Part shown: positions 7,498 to 15,887 of the stretch, one piece after another
Numbering within the stretch: the stretch's first letter is position 1
Layout of the letters: every line of letters starts with the position of its first letter
NCBI GenBank assembly: GCA_046306335.1
Contig: JBKDXM010000033.1
Span: 17,199 to 81,198, forward strand
DNA from: Planctomycetota bacterium
GTDB lineage: Bacteria; Planctomycetota; UBA1135; UBA2386
Direction: 5' to 3'
Length of the DNA stretch: 64,000 nt
Program-made: the position numbers and the translations under genes
Notes under the pieces: model-generated
What the model saw: the letters and a program-made list of their open reading frames with translations, nothing else
What the model was told of the DNA's origin: nothing
Database searches by the model: none

Positions 7498-9165
7498 TCA
7501 CTTGCCGCCGGACAGTTCCTGGACCAGCGCCGCTTCCTCGTAGATCACGCGCAGCGACTCCAGCATGCCGGCCGTGTGCACGCCGACGCAGCGGTTGACG
7601 CGCTCGTCGAACCAGTAGTTGCCCGGCAGCGATTCGATGTTGCCGTCGAACACGAGGCCGACGACCTTGGCGTCGCGGTCGAGGATCGGGCTGCCCGAGT
7701 TGCCGCCGATGATGTCCGCCGTGCAGACGAAGTTGTACGGCGTGTCGAGGTTGAGCTTCGCCTTCTTGTCCGTCCACTGCTTGGGCAGGTCGTACGGATG
7801 CTTGTTGTCGAAGCCCTGGTTGCGCTCGAACAGGCCGTTGAGCGTCGTCTTCGGCGGCACCATCGTCGTGCCGGCCTCGTAACCCTTCACCGTGCCGAAG
7901 GCGAGGCGCAGCGTGAACGTCGCGTCCGGGTAGTTGGCCGTGCCGTAGACGTCGAAACGGGCCTGGTTGATCGTCGCCTTGGCCTCGGCGCAGGTCTTGA
8001 CGCTGACCTCCTCGATCGCGGGCATCATCATCTGCAGGTTCGGCTTCTTGCCGAACTTCTCGCGCAGCTTGCCCATCTCGGCGGCGATGAAGTCGAACGC
8101 GGCCTTCACCGCGGGCTTGCCCGACTTCTGGATCAGATCCTCGTCGCGCGCCTTCATCTTGGCCATCATCTCGGCCGTCTGCAGGCCGACGAGGTGGCCT
8201 TCGAAGGCCTTGAGCGAGTTGCTGGCGCCGAAGTACTGGTCGCGCAGCTCGAAGGCCTTCTTCGGGTCCTTGTCCATCGCCTTCTTCATCGCGGCGACGC
8301 GGTTCTTCAGCAGCTTGACGATCTGCGGCACCGGCAGGTCGCGCTGGAACTCCATCTCGGCGTGCGTCAGCGAGCGCTCGGTGCTGCCCGGGTGGCCGGA
8401 GACGAAGATCAGCTCGTCCGTCGCGGCGCCGTCGGCGTCGAACGGGAAGTAGAACTTCGAGCTGTCGATCGGCTTGCCGTCCTCGTAGACACGGAAGAAC
8501 GCGCAGTCGAGGCAGTAGCGCGGGTAGGTGAAGTTGTCGAAGTCGCCGCCGTAGAACGCGACCTGCTTCTCGGGCGCGAACACGAGCCGCACGTCCTCGA
8601 ACACGTGGTAGACGTAGATGCGGAACTGGTTGCCGTCGTACAACGTGACGAGGTCGGCGACGTGGTTCTTCTTGCCCTCGGCGGCGGCCTTGGTCATGCC
8701 CTCGACCTTCTCGCGCCACTCGTTGCCCTCAGGCGTCTTGTCAGCGGCCTTGAGCGCGACGACCTCGGACGTGACGTCCTTGATCTCGACCAGCTGGCGC
8801 AGCGTCAGCCCCTTGCCCGGGACTTCCTGGCCGTAGAGCCGCGCGCTGAAGCCCGGCTCGACCCAGTCCTTCTCCGGCGTCGAGACCGCCTGGATCGTCG
8901 TCAGCGCGACGTGGTGGTTGGTCATCACGAGGCCGTTGGGCGACACGAACGAGCCCGAGCCGCCGGTGTCGAAGCGCACGCTGCCCAGGCGCACGTGGTC
9001 GAGCCAGTCCTTGGTCGGCTCGAAGTTGTGCTTCTCCTTGAGGACCTGCAGCGGCAGGCCGTCGAACAGCCACATGCCCTCGTCGGGGCGGGCCATCGAG
9101 GCGGGGAACGTGGCGCCCAGCGCGACGAACGCGAGCGCGAACTTGGCGAACAGGATCGGATGCAT
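7498..9165 (-). CDS. S46-family dipeptidyl-peptidase (DPP7/DPP11-like serine protease)
   Basis: ORF 7498..9285 trimmed to the internal ATG (coordinate 9165 by ORF arithmetic, +/-1 nt by my hand count), which gives the signal peptide MHPILFAKFALAFVALGA. S46 hallmarks are present: DEGMW, VMTNHHV (His), IIGGNSGSP (Ser). Size is ~555 aa. Confidence 0.9.
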   Translation of the reverse strand: MHPILFAKFALAFVALGATFPASMARPDEGMWLFDGLPLQVLKEKHNFEPTKDWLDHVRLGSVRFDTGGSGSFVSPNGLVMTNHHVALTTIQAVSTPEKDWVEPGFSARLYGQEVPGKGLTLRQLVEIKDVTSEVVALKAADKTPEGNEWREKVEGMTKAAAEGKKNHVADLVTLYDGNQFRIYVYHVFEDVRLVFAPEKQVAFYGGDFDNFTYPRYCLDCAFFRVYEDGKPIDSSKFYFPFDADGAATDELIFVSGHPGSTERSLTHAEMEFQRDLPVPQIVKLLKNRVAAMKKAMDKDPKKAFELRDQYFGASNSLKAFEGHLVGLQTAEMMAKMKARDEDLIQKSGKPAVKAAFDFIAAEMGKLREKFGKKPNLQMMMPAIEEVSVKTCAEAKATINQARFDVYGTANYPDATFTLRLAFGTVKGYEAGTTMVPPKTTLNGLFERNQGFDNKHPYDLPKQWTDKKAKLNLDTPYNFVCTADIIGGNSGSPILDRDAKVVGLVFDGNIESLPGNYWFDERVNRCVGVHTAGMLESLRVIYEEAALVQELSGGK

Positions 9166-9356
9166 GATTGGCTCGGGAACAGTGGCCGGCGGTCGGCGGA
9201 GGGCCGGGCCGGCCGAAGCGCCGCTGTGGCCGGGTCGCGCGTGCGGCCTGTCGGCCGCGCGGCGCGGCACGACTGGGCGACGCATCGGGACGGGCGATCG
9301 TAGGGAGCCGGCCCCCGCATGTCACCGACGAGCCGCGCGCCGGCGGCCGGCGGCGC

Positions 9357-10463
9357 TCACTTCGCGGCAGCCAGCTTGCCAACCAGGCCCTTGGCGACTT
9401 CGGTCGCCGCGTCGCCGTCGTGGCCGCGGTAGTGGATGCGGCCCTCACCGTCGAGCACCACGATCGTCGGCCAGCCCTGGATCGCCCAGGCCTTGGGGAT
9501 CGGACCGCGCGTGCCATCGGGTCCGGCGTGGAAGCTGCGCCAATTGAGCTGGTTGTCGGCGACCGCCTTCTTGGCGCGCGCGATGTCCTTGTCGCTGTTG
9601 ACGCCGATCAGGGCGAACGGCTTGTCCTTCATCTCATCCACGAGCGACCGCTCGTGCGGGTACATGGCCCGGCAGGGGCCTCACCAGTCGCCCCAGAAGT
9701 CGAGGAAGACCACCTTGCCGCGGTAGTCGGAGAGCTTGAAGGCGACGCCGTCGAGGTCCGTGCCCTCGATGTCCGGCGCGACGACGCCGACGCCGAACTT
9801 CTCGCGCGTGTCGATGGCCTCGCGGATGCGGTCCTTGAGGTCCGCGTTGCTGGCGAGTTCGACGATCTTGGTCAACTCGCTCTTCGCGCCCTGGTAGAGG
9901 TCCGACTCGCGGTCCGCAGTCTCGATCGTCTTCTCGTGCTTGGCGAACACCGCCCAGCCGCGCACGTCGGCATTCGCGCTCTTGGCGAACTTCTCGGCGA
10001 TCGCCGGGGCCTTCTCCTCGCCGACGATGCGCGGCAAGAAGCCGATCAGGCTGCCGATCTGCGCCGTGGCCGGGTGGTCGGCGAACTTCTCGCCGAGGAG
10101 CGCCAGCGCGTCGGCCGCGCCGGCGCGGTCGGCGCCGACCGCAAGCAGGAGGAACGGCACGGCGTCGTCGCCGTCGGTCATCTCCTTGGCGGCGGCGAGC
10201 GCCTGCTTGCCGATCGCGCTGGTGTCGGGGCGCATCGGCATCGCCGGCGCCGGCTTGCCGTCTTTCTTGGCGGCTTCGGCCTCGGCCGCCATGGCCTTGA
10301 CCTTCGCCATCCACTCGTCGCTCAGCTTCGTCTGCTCGGCCTGCAGCGCGGCGTACCGCTCGGCCGCGGCCGGACTCTTCGGCGTCGGCTGCGGCGGCCG
10401 CTGCTGCGCCGCGAGGGTCGCCGCGAGCAACAGCGGCAGCGCCCACTTCGTGATCGTTCGCAT
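9357..10463 (-). CDS. TlpA/ResA-like periplasmic thioredoxin with in-frame UGA at the active site (probable selenoprotein, W-U-G-P-C); otherwise a disrupted pseudogene
   Basis: ORFs 9681..10514 and 9357..9665 share one frame. The junction reads ...GKVVFLDFWGDW-TGA(9683..9681)-GPCRAMYPHE... The start was chosen at ATG 10463, giving the signal peptide MRTITKWALPLLLAATLAAQQ. The C-terminal part (WPTIVVLDGEGRI) is a thioredoxin fold. Confidence 0.7.
9639..9656 (-). promoter_or_regulatory. Candidate bacterial SECIS apical hairpin
   Basis: The mRNA sense sequence CACGAGC-GGUC-GCUCGUG has a 7-bp stem and a GGUC tetraloop. The stem starts 24 nt after the UGA. An additional GGCCC-CUGCC-GGGCC hairpin lies immediately 3' of the UGA (9666..9680). 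Confidence 0.5.
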
Positions 10464-10626
10464 CGGGTCTCCGGGGGTTGGACGCGGCGCAACCTGCGCC
10501 GCGCTCCGGATCATGCCGCGCCCGCACCGCCGGCGGCACGGGCCAGCGTCCCGTTCGTGTCGCGGCGCGGGCGCAGGGCGGATCCCGCGCGTGCGGCGAC
10601 GGCCGCGCCGCGGCTAGAGTCCGGCG

Positions 10627-11454
10627 ATGACCGCGCGCGCCGCCGTGCATCGCCTGCTCGAAGCCTCGCCGCCGACGCGAGCGGCGGCCGCGTTGCGGGC
10701 AGCGCTCGCCGGCCTGATCGTGATCAACGTCGCCGCCGTCGTCGCCGACTCGGTGCGCGACGTGCACGCCGTCGCGCTGCAGTGGCTGCGCGCGATCGAG
10801 TGGGTCTCCGTCACCGTCTTCAGCGCCGAGTACCTGCTGCGGCTGTGGGTCGCGCCGGAGCAACCGCGCTTCGGCCGACCGTTCGGCCGGGTGCGCTGGG
10901 CACTGACGCCGTCGGCGCTGGTCGACCTGCTCGCCGTGCTGCCGAGCCTGTTGGCGATGGCGTCGCTCGACCTGCGCACGCTGCGGCTCGTGCGCTTGGC
11001 GCGGCTGTTCCGCATCGCCAAGCTCGGCCGCTACAGCCTCGCCGTGCAGACGCTGTTCGCGGTGCTGCGCAGCAAGGCCGCCGACCTGCTGTCGCTGCTG
11101 TTCGTCCTCGTGATCCTGCTCGTCGTCACCTCGACGCTGATGTTCCACCTCGAGGGCGAGGCGCAGCCGAACGTCTTCACCAGCATCCCGGCGACGATGT
11201 GGTGGGGCATCGTCACGCTGACGACGATCGGCTATGGCGACATGGCGCCGGTGACCGCCGCCGGACGCGCGCTCGGCGGCGTGGTCGCCGTGCTGGGAAT
11301 CGGCATGTTCGCGCTGCCGGCCGGCCTGCTCGGCGCCGCGTTCGTCGACGAACTCGGCAAGCTGCGCGCGGCGCGGCACGGCGACGGTCACGCCGCCGGT
11401 GAGCACGGCGGCGGCGCGCACTGCCCGCACTGCGGCAAGGCGCTGGAACCGTAG
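10627..11454 (+). CDS. Voltage-gated K+ channel (6-TM Kv-type)
   Basis: ORF 10627..11454. The S4 helix is RTLRLVRLARLFRIAKLGR and the selectivity filter is TLTTIGYGD. Confidence 0.9.
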   Translation: MTARAAVHRLLEASPPTRAAAALRAALAGLIVINVAAVVADSVRDVHAVALQWLRAIEWVSVTVFSAEYLLRLWVAPEQPRFGRPFGRVRWALTPSALVDLLAVLPSLLAMASLDLRTLRLVRLARLFRIAKLGRYSLAVQTLFAVLRSKAADLLSLLFVLVILLVVTSTLMFHLEGEAQPNVFTSIPATMWWGIVTLTTIGYGDMAPVTAAGRALGGVVAVLGIGMFALPAGLLGAAFVDELGKLRAARHGDGHAAGEHGGGAHCPHCGKALEP

Positions 11455-11558
11455 CCGCCGCACGGTCGGTGACGACAGCGCCGACGATGGTGCCGAGGAA
11501 CGCGGCGCGGCGCGGCGCGATCGCTGACGGCGCGCACCGCGCCGGCCGCGACCGCGCG

Positions 11559-12827
11559 ATGGAACGCCGCCGCCGCGCCCCTACCATCCGCGCCGTGCAT
11601 CCGAACCTGCTGCTGCCCGCGCGCGCGTCGACGGGCCCTGAATCGCTCGCCGAGTACCGCGCCCGCGGCGGCTACGACGGCCTCGCGACCGCGGGTGCCC
11701 GTGGCGCGGCATGGCTGCGCGGCGAGGTCGCCACGGCGCAGCTGCGCGGCCGCGGCGGCGCGTCGTTCCCGACGGCGCGCAAGTGGGAACTGGCCGCCAA
11801 CGCCGCCGGCGACGAGAAGTTCGTCGTCGGCAACGGCGGCGAGCACGAGCCCGGCAGCGACAAGGACAAGGTCCTGGTCGCGCGCCATCCGCACGCCGTG
11901 CTCGAAGGCCTGCTGCTCGCCGGCCTCGCCACCGGCGCCAGCAAGGGCTGGATCTACCTGATCGAGGACATGCACGGCCCGCGCGGTTCGATCGAGCAGG
12001 CGATCGCCGAGGCGCAGGCCGCCGGGCTGCTGCCGTTCCCGGTCGCGGTGCACCTCGGCCCCACCACCTACGTCGCCGGCGAGGAGACCGCCGCGCTCAA
12101 CGCCATCGAGGGCAAGCCGGCGAAGCCGCGCAAGAAGCCGCCGTTCCCGGGCGACGCCGGCCTGTTCGGCAAGCCGACGACGGTCAACAACGTCGAGACG
12201 CTGGCGCACGTGGCCTGGATCGCGCGCCACGGCGGCGCCGCGTTCGCCGCGATCGGCACCGCCGAGAGCAAGGGCACGCTGTTGTTCACGCTGCCCGATG
12301 GCGTGCAGCGCCCCGGCGTGCACGAAGCGCCGTTCGGCGTCACCTACCGCCAGCTGATCGAGCAGGTCGGCGGCGGCCTGCAGGACGGCCGGACGGTGCG
12401 CGGCGTGCTGCCGGCGATGTCGAGCGGCTTCCTCGGCGCGGACGCGCTCGACGTGCCGATCGCCTACGAGACGCTGCGGCCGCTCGGCAGCTCGCCGGGG
12501 TGCGGCGGCGTGCGCATCGTCGACGACCGCACCGACGTCGTCGCGCTGGCGGTCGAGATCGCCGAGTTCTTCATGCGCGAGCAGTGTGGCCAGTGCCCGC
12601 CGTGCCGCATGGAGACCAACCAGTTCGTGCACATCCTCAAGGCCGTGCAGCAGCACAAGGGCCCGGGCTACGACGACAAGGTCCGCAAGCTCGCCGAGTT
12701 CTCGCGCAAGAAGGGCTTTTGCTCGCTGATCGAGATGGCGGCCGCCCCCGTCGTCAGCGCGCTCAGCGTCTTCGCCGCCGACTTCGCGGCCGCGGCCGGT
12801 CCTGGCCAGCCGGGCGGCGCGTCGTGA
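11559..12827 (+). CDS. NuoF-like NADH-binding FMN/[4Fe-4S] flavoprotein (51-kDa subunit family), stand-alone
   Basis: ORF 11469..12827. Motifs present: RGRGGASFPTARKW, GNGGEHEPGSDKDK, and the Fe-S motif EQCGQCPPCRME...C. The start is uncertain (ATG 11469, 11487 or 11559, or GTG 11595). Confidence 0.75.
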   Translation: MERRRRAPTIRAVHPNLLLPARASTGPESLAEYRARGGYDGLATAGARGAAWLRGEVATAQLRGRGGASFPTARKWELAANAAGDEKFVVGNGGEHEPGSDKDKVLVARHPHAVLEGLLLAGLATGASKGWIYLIEDMHGPRGSIEQAIAEAQAAGLLPFPVAVHLGPTTYVAGEETAALNAIEGKPAKPRKKPPFPGDAGLFGKPTTVNNVETLAHVAWIARHGGAAFAAIGTAESKGTLLFTLPDGVQRPGVHEAPFGVTYRQLIEQVGGGLQDGRTVRGVLPAMSSGFLGADALDVPIAYETLRPLGSSPGCGGVRIVDDRTDVVALAVEIAEFFMREQCGQCPPCRMETNQFVHILKAVQQHKGPGYDDKVRKLAEFSRKKGFCSLIEMAAAPVVSALSVFAADFAAAAGPGQPGGAS

Positions 12828-13975
12828 GCTTCCATCGCTACTACGCGGCGTGCACGCTCGGGCTCGAGAAGGTGCTCTACGACGAACTGCGCGCGCTCGG
12901 CGCCGACAACGTCGAACAGCGCCGCGGCGCCTGCTCCTTCACCGGCGACCGCGCGATGGGCTACGCCGCGTGCCTGTGGCTGCGCTCGGCGGTGCGCGTG
13001 CAGGAGGAGCTGGTCCGCGGCCCGGCGCACGACCGCGACGAGCTGTACGCGCTCGCCCGCGAGGTCGACTGGACGCAGAGCATCACCTACCTGCAGACGC
13101 TCGCCGTCGACGGGTCGGTGCGCGACAGCTTCGCCAACGACACGCGCTTCCCGGGGCTCGTCGTCAAGGACGCCATCTGCGACCAGATGCGAGAGCGGTT
13201 CGGCAAGCGGCCCAACGTCGAGAAGGACCGCCCCGACCTGCCGGTCAAGCTCGTGCTGCAGGGCAACGAAGCGATCCTCTACCGCGAGCTCGGCGGCGCG
13301 CCGCTGCACAAGCGCGGCTACCGCGAGATCCAGCACAAGAGCCCGCTCAACGAGGCGACCGCCGCCGGCCTCTTGCTGCTGACCGGCTGGAACCGGCAGA
13401 CGCCGCTGTGCGACCCGATGTGCGGCTCGGCGACGTTCCTGGTCGAGGCGGCGTGGCTGGCGACCGACCGCGCGCCCGGCCTCGGCCGCAGCTTCGCGTT
13501 CGAGCGCTGGAAGGACGTCGACGTCGACGCGTGGCGCAAGCTGTTCGACGACGCCGAAGCGCGGGCCCAGCGCGGCGCCAGCAAGCTGCCGCCGATCTGC
13601 GGCAACGACCGCCATCCTGGCGCCATCGCCATCGCGCGGCAGGCGCTGACCGCCGCGGGCCTCGCCGACCGCATCGAAGTGCACCAGGGCGACGTCGCCG
13701 AGTTCGTGCCGCCGACGCGGCCCGAGCTGGTCGTCACCAACCCGCCGTACGGCGACCGCCTGCAGAGCGACCCGGTGGCGCTGGAGCAGAGCTGGTCGGC
13801 GCTCGGCCGCTTCCTGCACACGCAGTGCCAGGGTGCTATGGCGTGGGTGCTGTGCGGCAACGCCGACGTCACGCGGCTGCTGGGCCTGCGCGCGACGGAG
13901 AAGCTGCCGGTCAAGAACGGGCCGATCGACTGCCGGTGGTTGAAGTACGAGGTCGACGAGCGGGTGCGGGAGTAG
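12824..13975 (+). CDS. THUMP-domain class I SAM-dependent RNA methyltransferase (RlmL/UPF0020-like)
   Basis: This is the in-frame tail of ORF 11711..13975. The GTG start at 12824 overlaps the upstream stop (GTGA). Motif I is DPMCGSATFLVEAA and motif IV is TNPPYGDR. The N-terminal half is THUMP-like. Confidence 0.85.
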   Translation: MSFHRYYAACTLGLEKVLYDELRALGADNVEQRRGACSFTGDRAMGYAACLWLRSAVRVQEELVRGPAHDRDELYALAREVDWTQSITYLQTLAVDGSVRDSFANDTRFPGLVVKDAICDQMRERFGKRPNVEKDRPDLPVKLVLQGNEAILYRELGGAPLHKRGYREIQHKSPLNEATAAGLLLLTGWNRQTPLCDPMCGSATFLVEAAWLATDRAPGLGRSFAFERWKDVDVDAWRKLFDDAEARAQRGASKLPPICGNDRHPGAIAIARQALTAAGLADRIEVHQGDVAEFVPPTRPELVVTNPPYGDRLQSDPVALEQSWSALGRFLHTQCQGAMAWVLCGNADVTRLLGLRATEKLPVKNGPIDCRWLKYEVDERVRE

Positions 13976-14038
13976 CGGGCGGGGCGGAGGGCGGGAAGGT
14001 CGATGGCGACGGCGGCAACGACGGTCGCCCGAACCGCC

Positions 14039-15496
14039 TCACGGATACTCGATGTCGAGGTCTTCGCGCGTCGCCGTGGGCGTCAGCGTGCGACGCAACG
14101 CCGCGAAGTGGGCACGCGAGACGATCAACACGACAGGATCCGCCGGCGTGTCGCAACAGAACTCGGCGACGCCATCGTCGACCGCCAAACGCTGCCAGCG
14201 CGAGCGATCCTGGATCGCTTCGGGCGCGACGATGTGCACATCCGGGTCACGAATCGATCGCAGCGTCGGATCCAACCCTCGGATGCGCTCGACGTTGTTC
14301 TTGATGCGAACGGTCAGCCGATAGGGCCGACTGAACTCGCCGCGGATGACACCGAGGTCGTTGGTGCCGCGGTCCGCGGAGACCAACGTCGGCTGGATGA
14401 TCCGACGAAGTCGAAGTGGATCGGACCATGGCAATAGGGCGCCGTCGCCATGCACTTGGACAGCCAGATGCGCGGAGGGCACGCCGACGTCGAAGGCGCC
14501 CTCTGCATCGGTCATGACTTGCAATATGACGCCGCCAAGCCCGATCGGCCGCTCGCCGGGCGGACAGTCCAAGTCTTGCGGATAGACCTGGACCTGCACA
14601 CCCACGACCGGCTTGCCATCCTGGTCGACCACACGCGCAACGAGCCGTGCCGACTGGTCGCCGCTCACGAAGGGCGCAAGGTTGTGACGGACACCCTCCT
14701 GCACCCGAAGCCGCACAGGCAGTGGCGACGGCGAGACCGCACGGGGCTTCGCATGCGTTGCATACGCTTTCACCGAGTAGGAACTCGGTGGAATCCCGGC
14801 GAAGGTGAACAGTCCCGAGATGTCCGTCTCGGCATCGAATGCGATCCCAACCAACCCGGTCACTTCGGACTGCAACCGGATCGAGCAACCGGCGACGGGC
14901 ACTCCGACCGCATCCACTACGACGCCGACGACGACAGCCGGAGCGAACACGCGTATCGCGACTTCGGCCCGCTTGCCGGCCTCGCACTGCACCCGCTGCG
15001 CGTAGAACCCGTCGGGGACGGCGTGCTCGGGAGGGATATCCGACTGGCGAATGGGCGCCATCAGTCCATCCGGCAGGCTCGCAGGATCCAACGTCAGCAG
15101 CCGTCTGCCCGGCGAGACTGCGACCTCCGCTGCGCCGCGCGCATCGGTCGTGGCAATGACCTCCCCGTCGGCGTGCACCCGCACACCAGCGACCGGCAAG
15201 TCGGGGGCACGGTAGACGCGCACGGCCAGGATGGCGTCGGCGGCAACGGCAGACGACGGTGTCGAGGCCGGCGTGCGTTGCACTTCTTGCCGTTCGTCGG
15301 GAGACGCCGCGACGGGAGCTTCACCATCTGCCGTGGCATGGACGGCCACCGGATGCATGGCGCCATGCGACGTGGCCGTGGATCCCTGGCCCAGGAACCA
15401 CCATGCCGCTGCGATCAGGCATGCAAGAACGAGCAGGGTAATGACGAGGGCTTTGGGCACGAGCACTTCAGAACGATAGACCGAGAGCCAAATCAT
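14039..15496 (-). CDS. Membrane-anchored protein with repeated CarboxypepD_reg-like beta-sandwich modules (function unknown)
   Basis: ORF 14039..16267 trimmed to ATG 15496 (MIWLSVYRSEVLVPKALVITLLVLACLIAAAWWF, an N-terminal TM helix). It has three or more repeats of the type xVxGxVVDxxGxPVAGxxV...TDxxGxF. GC content and GC3 are lower than in neighbouring genes. Confidence 0.55.
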   Translation of the reverse strand: MIWLSVYRSEVLVPKALVITLLVLACLIAAAWWFLGQGSTATSHGAMHPVAVHATADGEAPVAASPDERQEVQRTPASTPSSAVAADAILAVRVYRAPDLPVAGVRVHADGEVIATTDARGAAEVAVSPGRRLLTLDPASLPDGLMAPIRQSDIPPEHAVPDGFYAQRVQCEAGKRAEVAIRVFAPAVVVGVVVDAVGVPVAGCSIRLQSEVTGLVGIAFDAETDISGLFTFAGIPPSSYSVKAYATHAKPRAVSPSPLPVRLRVQEGVRHNLAPFVSGDQSARLVARVVDQDGKPVVGVQVQVYPQDLDCPPGERPIGLGGVILQVMTDAEGAFDVGVPSAHLAVQVHGDGALLPWSDPLRLRRIIQPTLVSADRGTNDLGVIRGEFSRPYRLTVRIKNNVERIRGLDPTLRSIRDPDVHIVAPEAIQDRSRWQRLAVDDGVAEFCCDTPADPVVLIVSRAHFAALRRTLTPTATREDLDIEYP

Positions 15497-15546
15497 GGCG
15501 TGCCTCGTGCCGACGATTCCCGTGATTACGTCGGCTGCGGCACCTA

Positions 15547-15696
15547 CACGGAACGCGCGCCGAGCCGGTGCGCCGATTCGCGGCTGGGGCGAAGCCGACG
15601 ACCGGAGGCGAATCGGTCGATTCGCCGAGGATCGGCGACGAGCCCCCGGACGCGAAGACGCGTGCCAGGTGGCGTGGCCTTCCGGGACGCATGTCC
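15547..15696 (-). repeat. Repeat family B, long form, copy 1
   Basis: It aligns by eye to 46947..47098 with about 13 mismatches over ~145 nt. It contains the internal hairpin GGCGAATC-GGTC-GATTCGCC. The outer termini are degenerate. Confidence 0.8.
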
Positions 15697-15887
15697 CCAG
15701 CTGGCCAACACCGTGTTCGCCGCGGCGGCCTCGCACCGTTCTCCCGCCACCGTGCCCGGCGCGCTGCAACATGGCGGCCGTAAGGGGGAACGCCAGTGCC
15801 GCGAAGGCGAAGTCCGGCGCCGAGCGCGGCCAGCCGGCCCTCAGGAGGATCTTGCGGAGTTCGAACGTTGCACCGTCGGACAGCGGC

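Noticed and set aside
5965-9303. 1112-aa + strand ORF
   Set aside because: It is antisense to the M14 and S46 peptidase genes, both of which have catalytic motifs and signal peptides. Its composition is R/A/G/V-rich and repetitive.
9681-9683. TGA taken as a genuine stop, giving two genes or a pseudogene
   Set aside because: This reading is not fully excluded. It is disfavoured because the stop falls exactly on the first Cys of the W-C-G-P-C motif, the frame continues, and a SECIS-like hairpin follows. The alternative is kept as the fallback in the feature call.
10615-10644. TAGAGTCCGGCGATGACCGCGCGCGCCGCC, resembling the family-B repeat arm
   Set aside because: Only a partial match, with no complementary arm nearby. 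It overlaps the Kv channel start codon. Probably chance similarity in GC-rich DNA.
11425-11454. C-terminal HCPHCGKAL of the Kv channel as a zinc-ribbon domain
   Set aside because: Only one CxxC pair is present, which is too little to call a metal-binding domain.
11559-12827. The NuoF-like flavoprotein as the missing BoxA-type reductase for BoxB
   Set aside because: It lies 6 kb away, separated by five unrelated genes on both strands. It lacks the ferredoxin-NADP-reductase-like module and double 4Fe-4S motif I associate with BoxA. There is no evidence of linkage.
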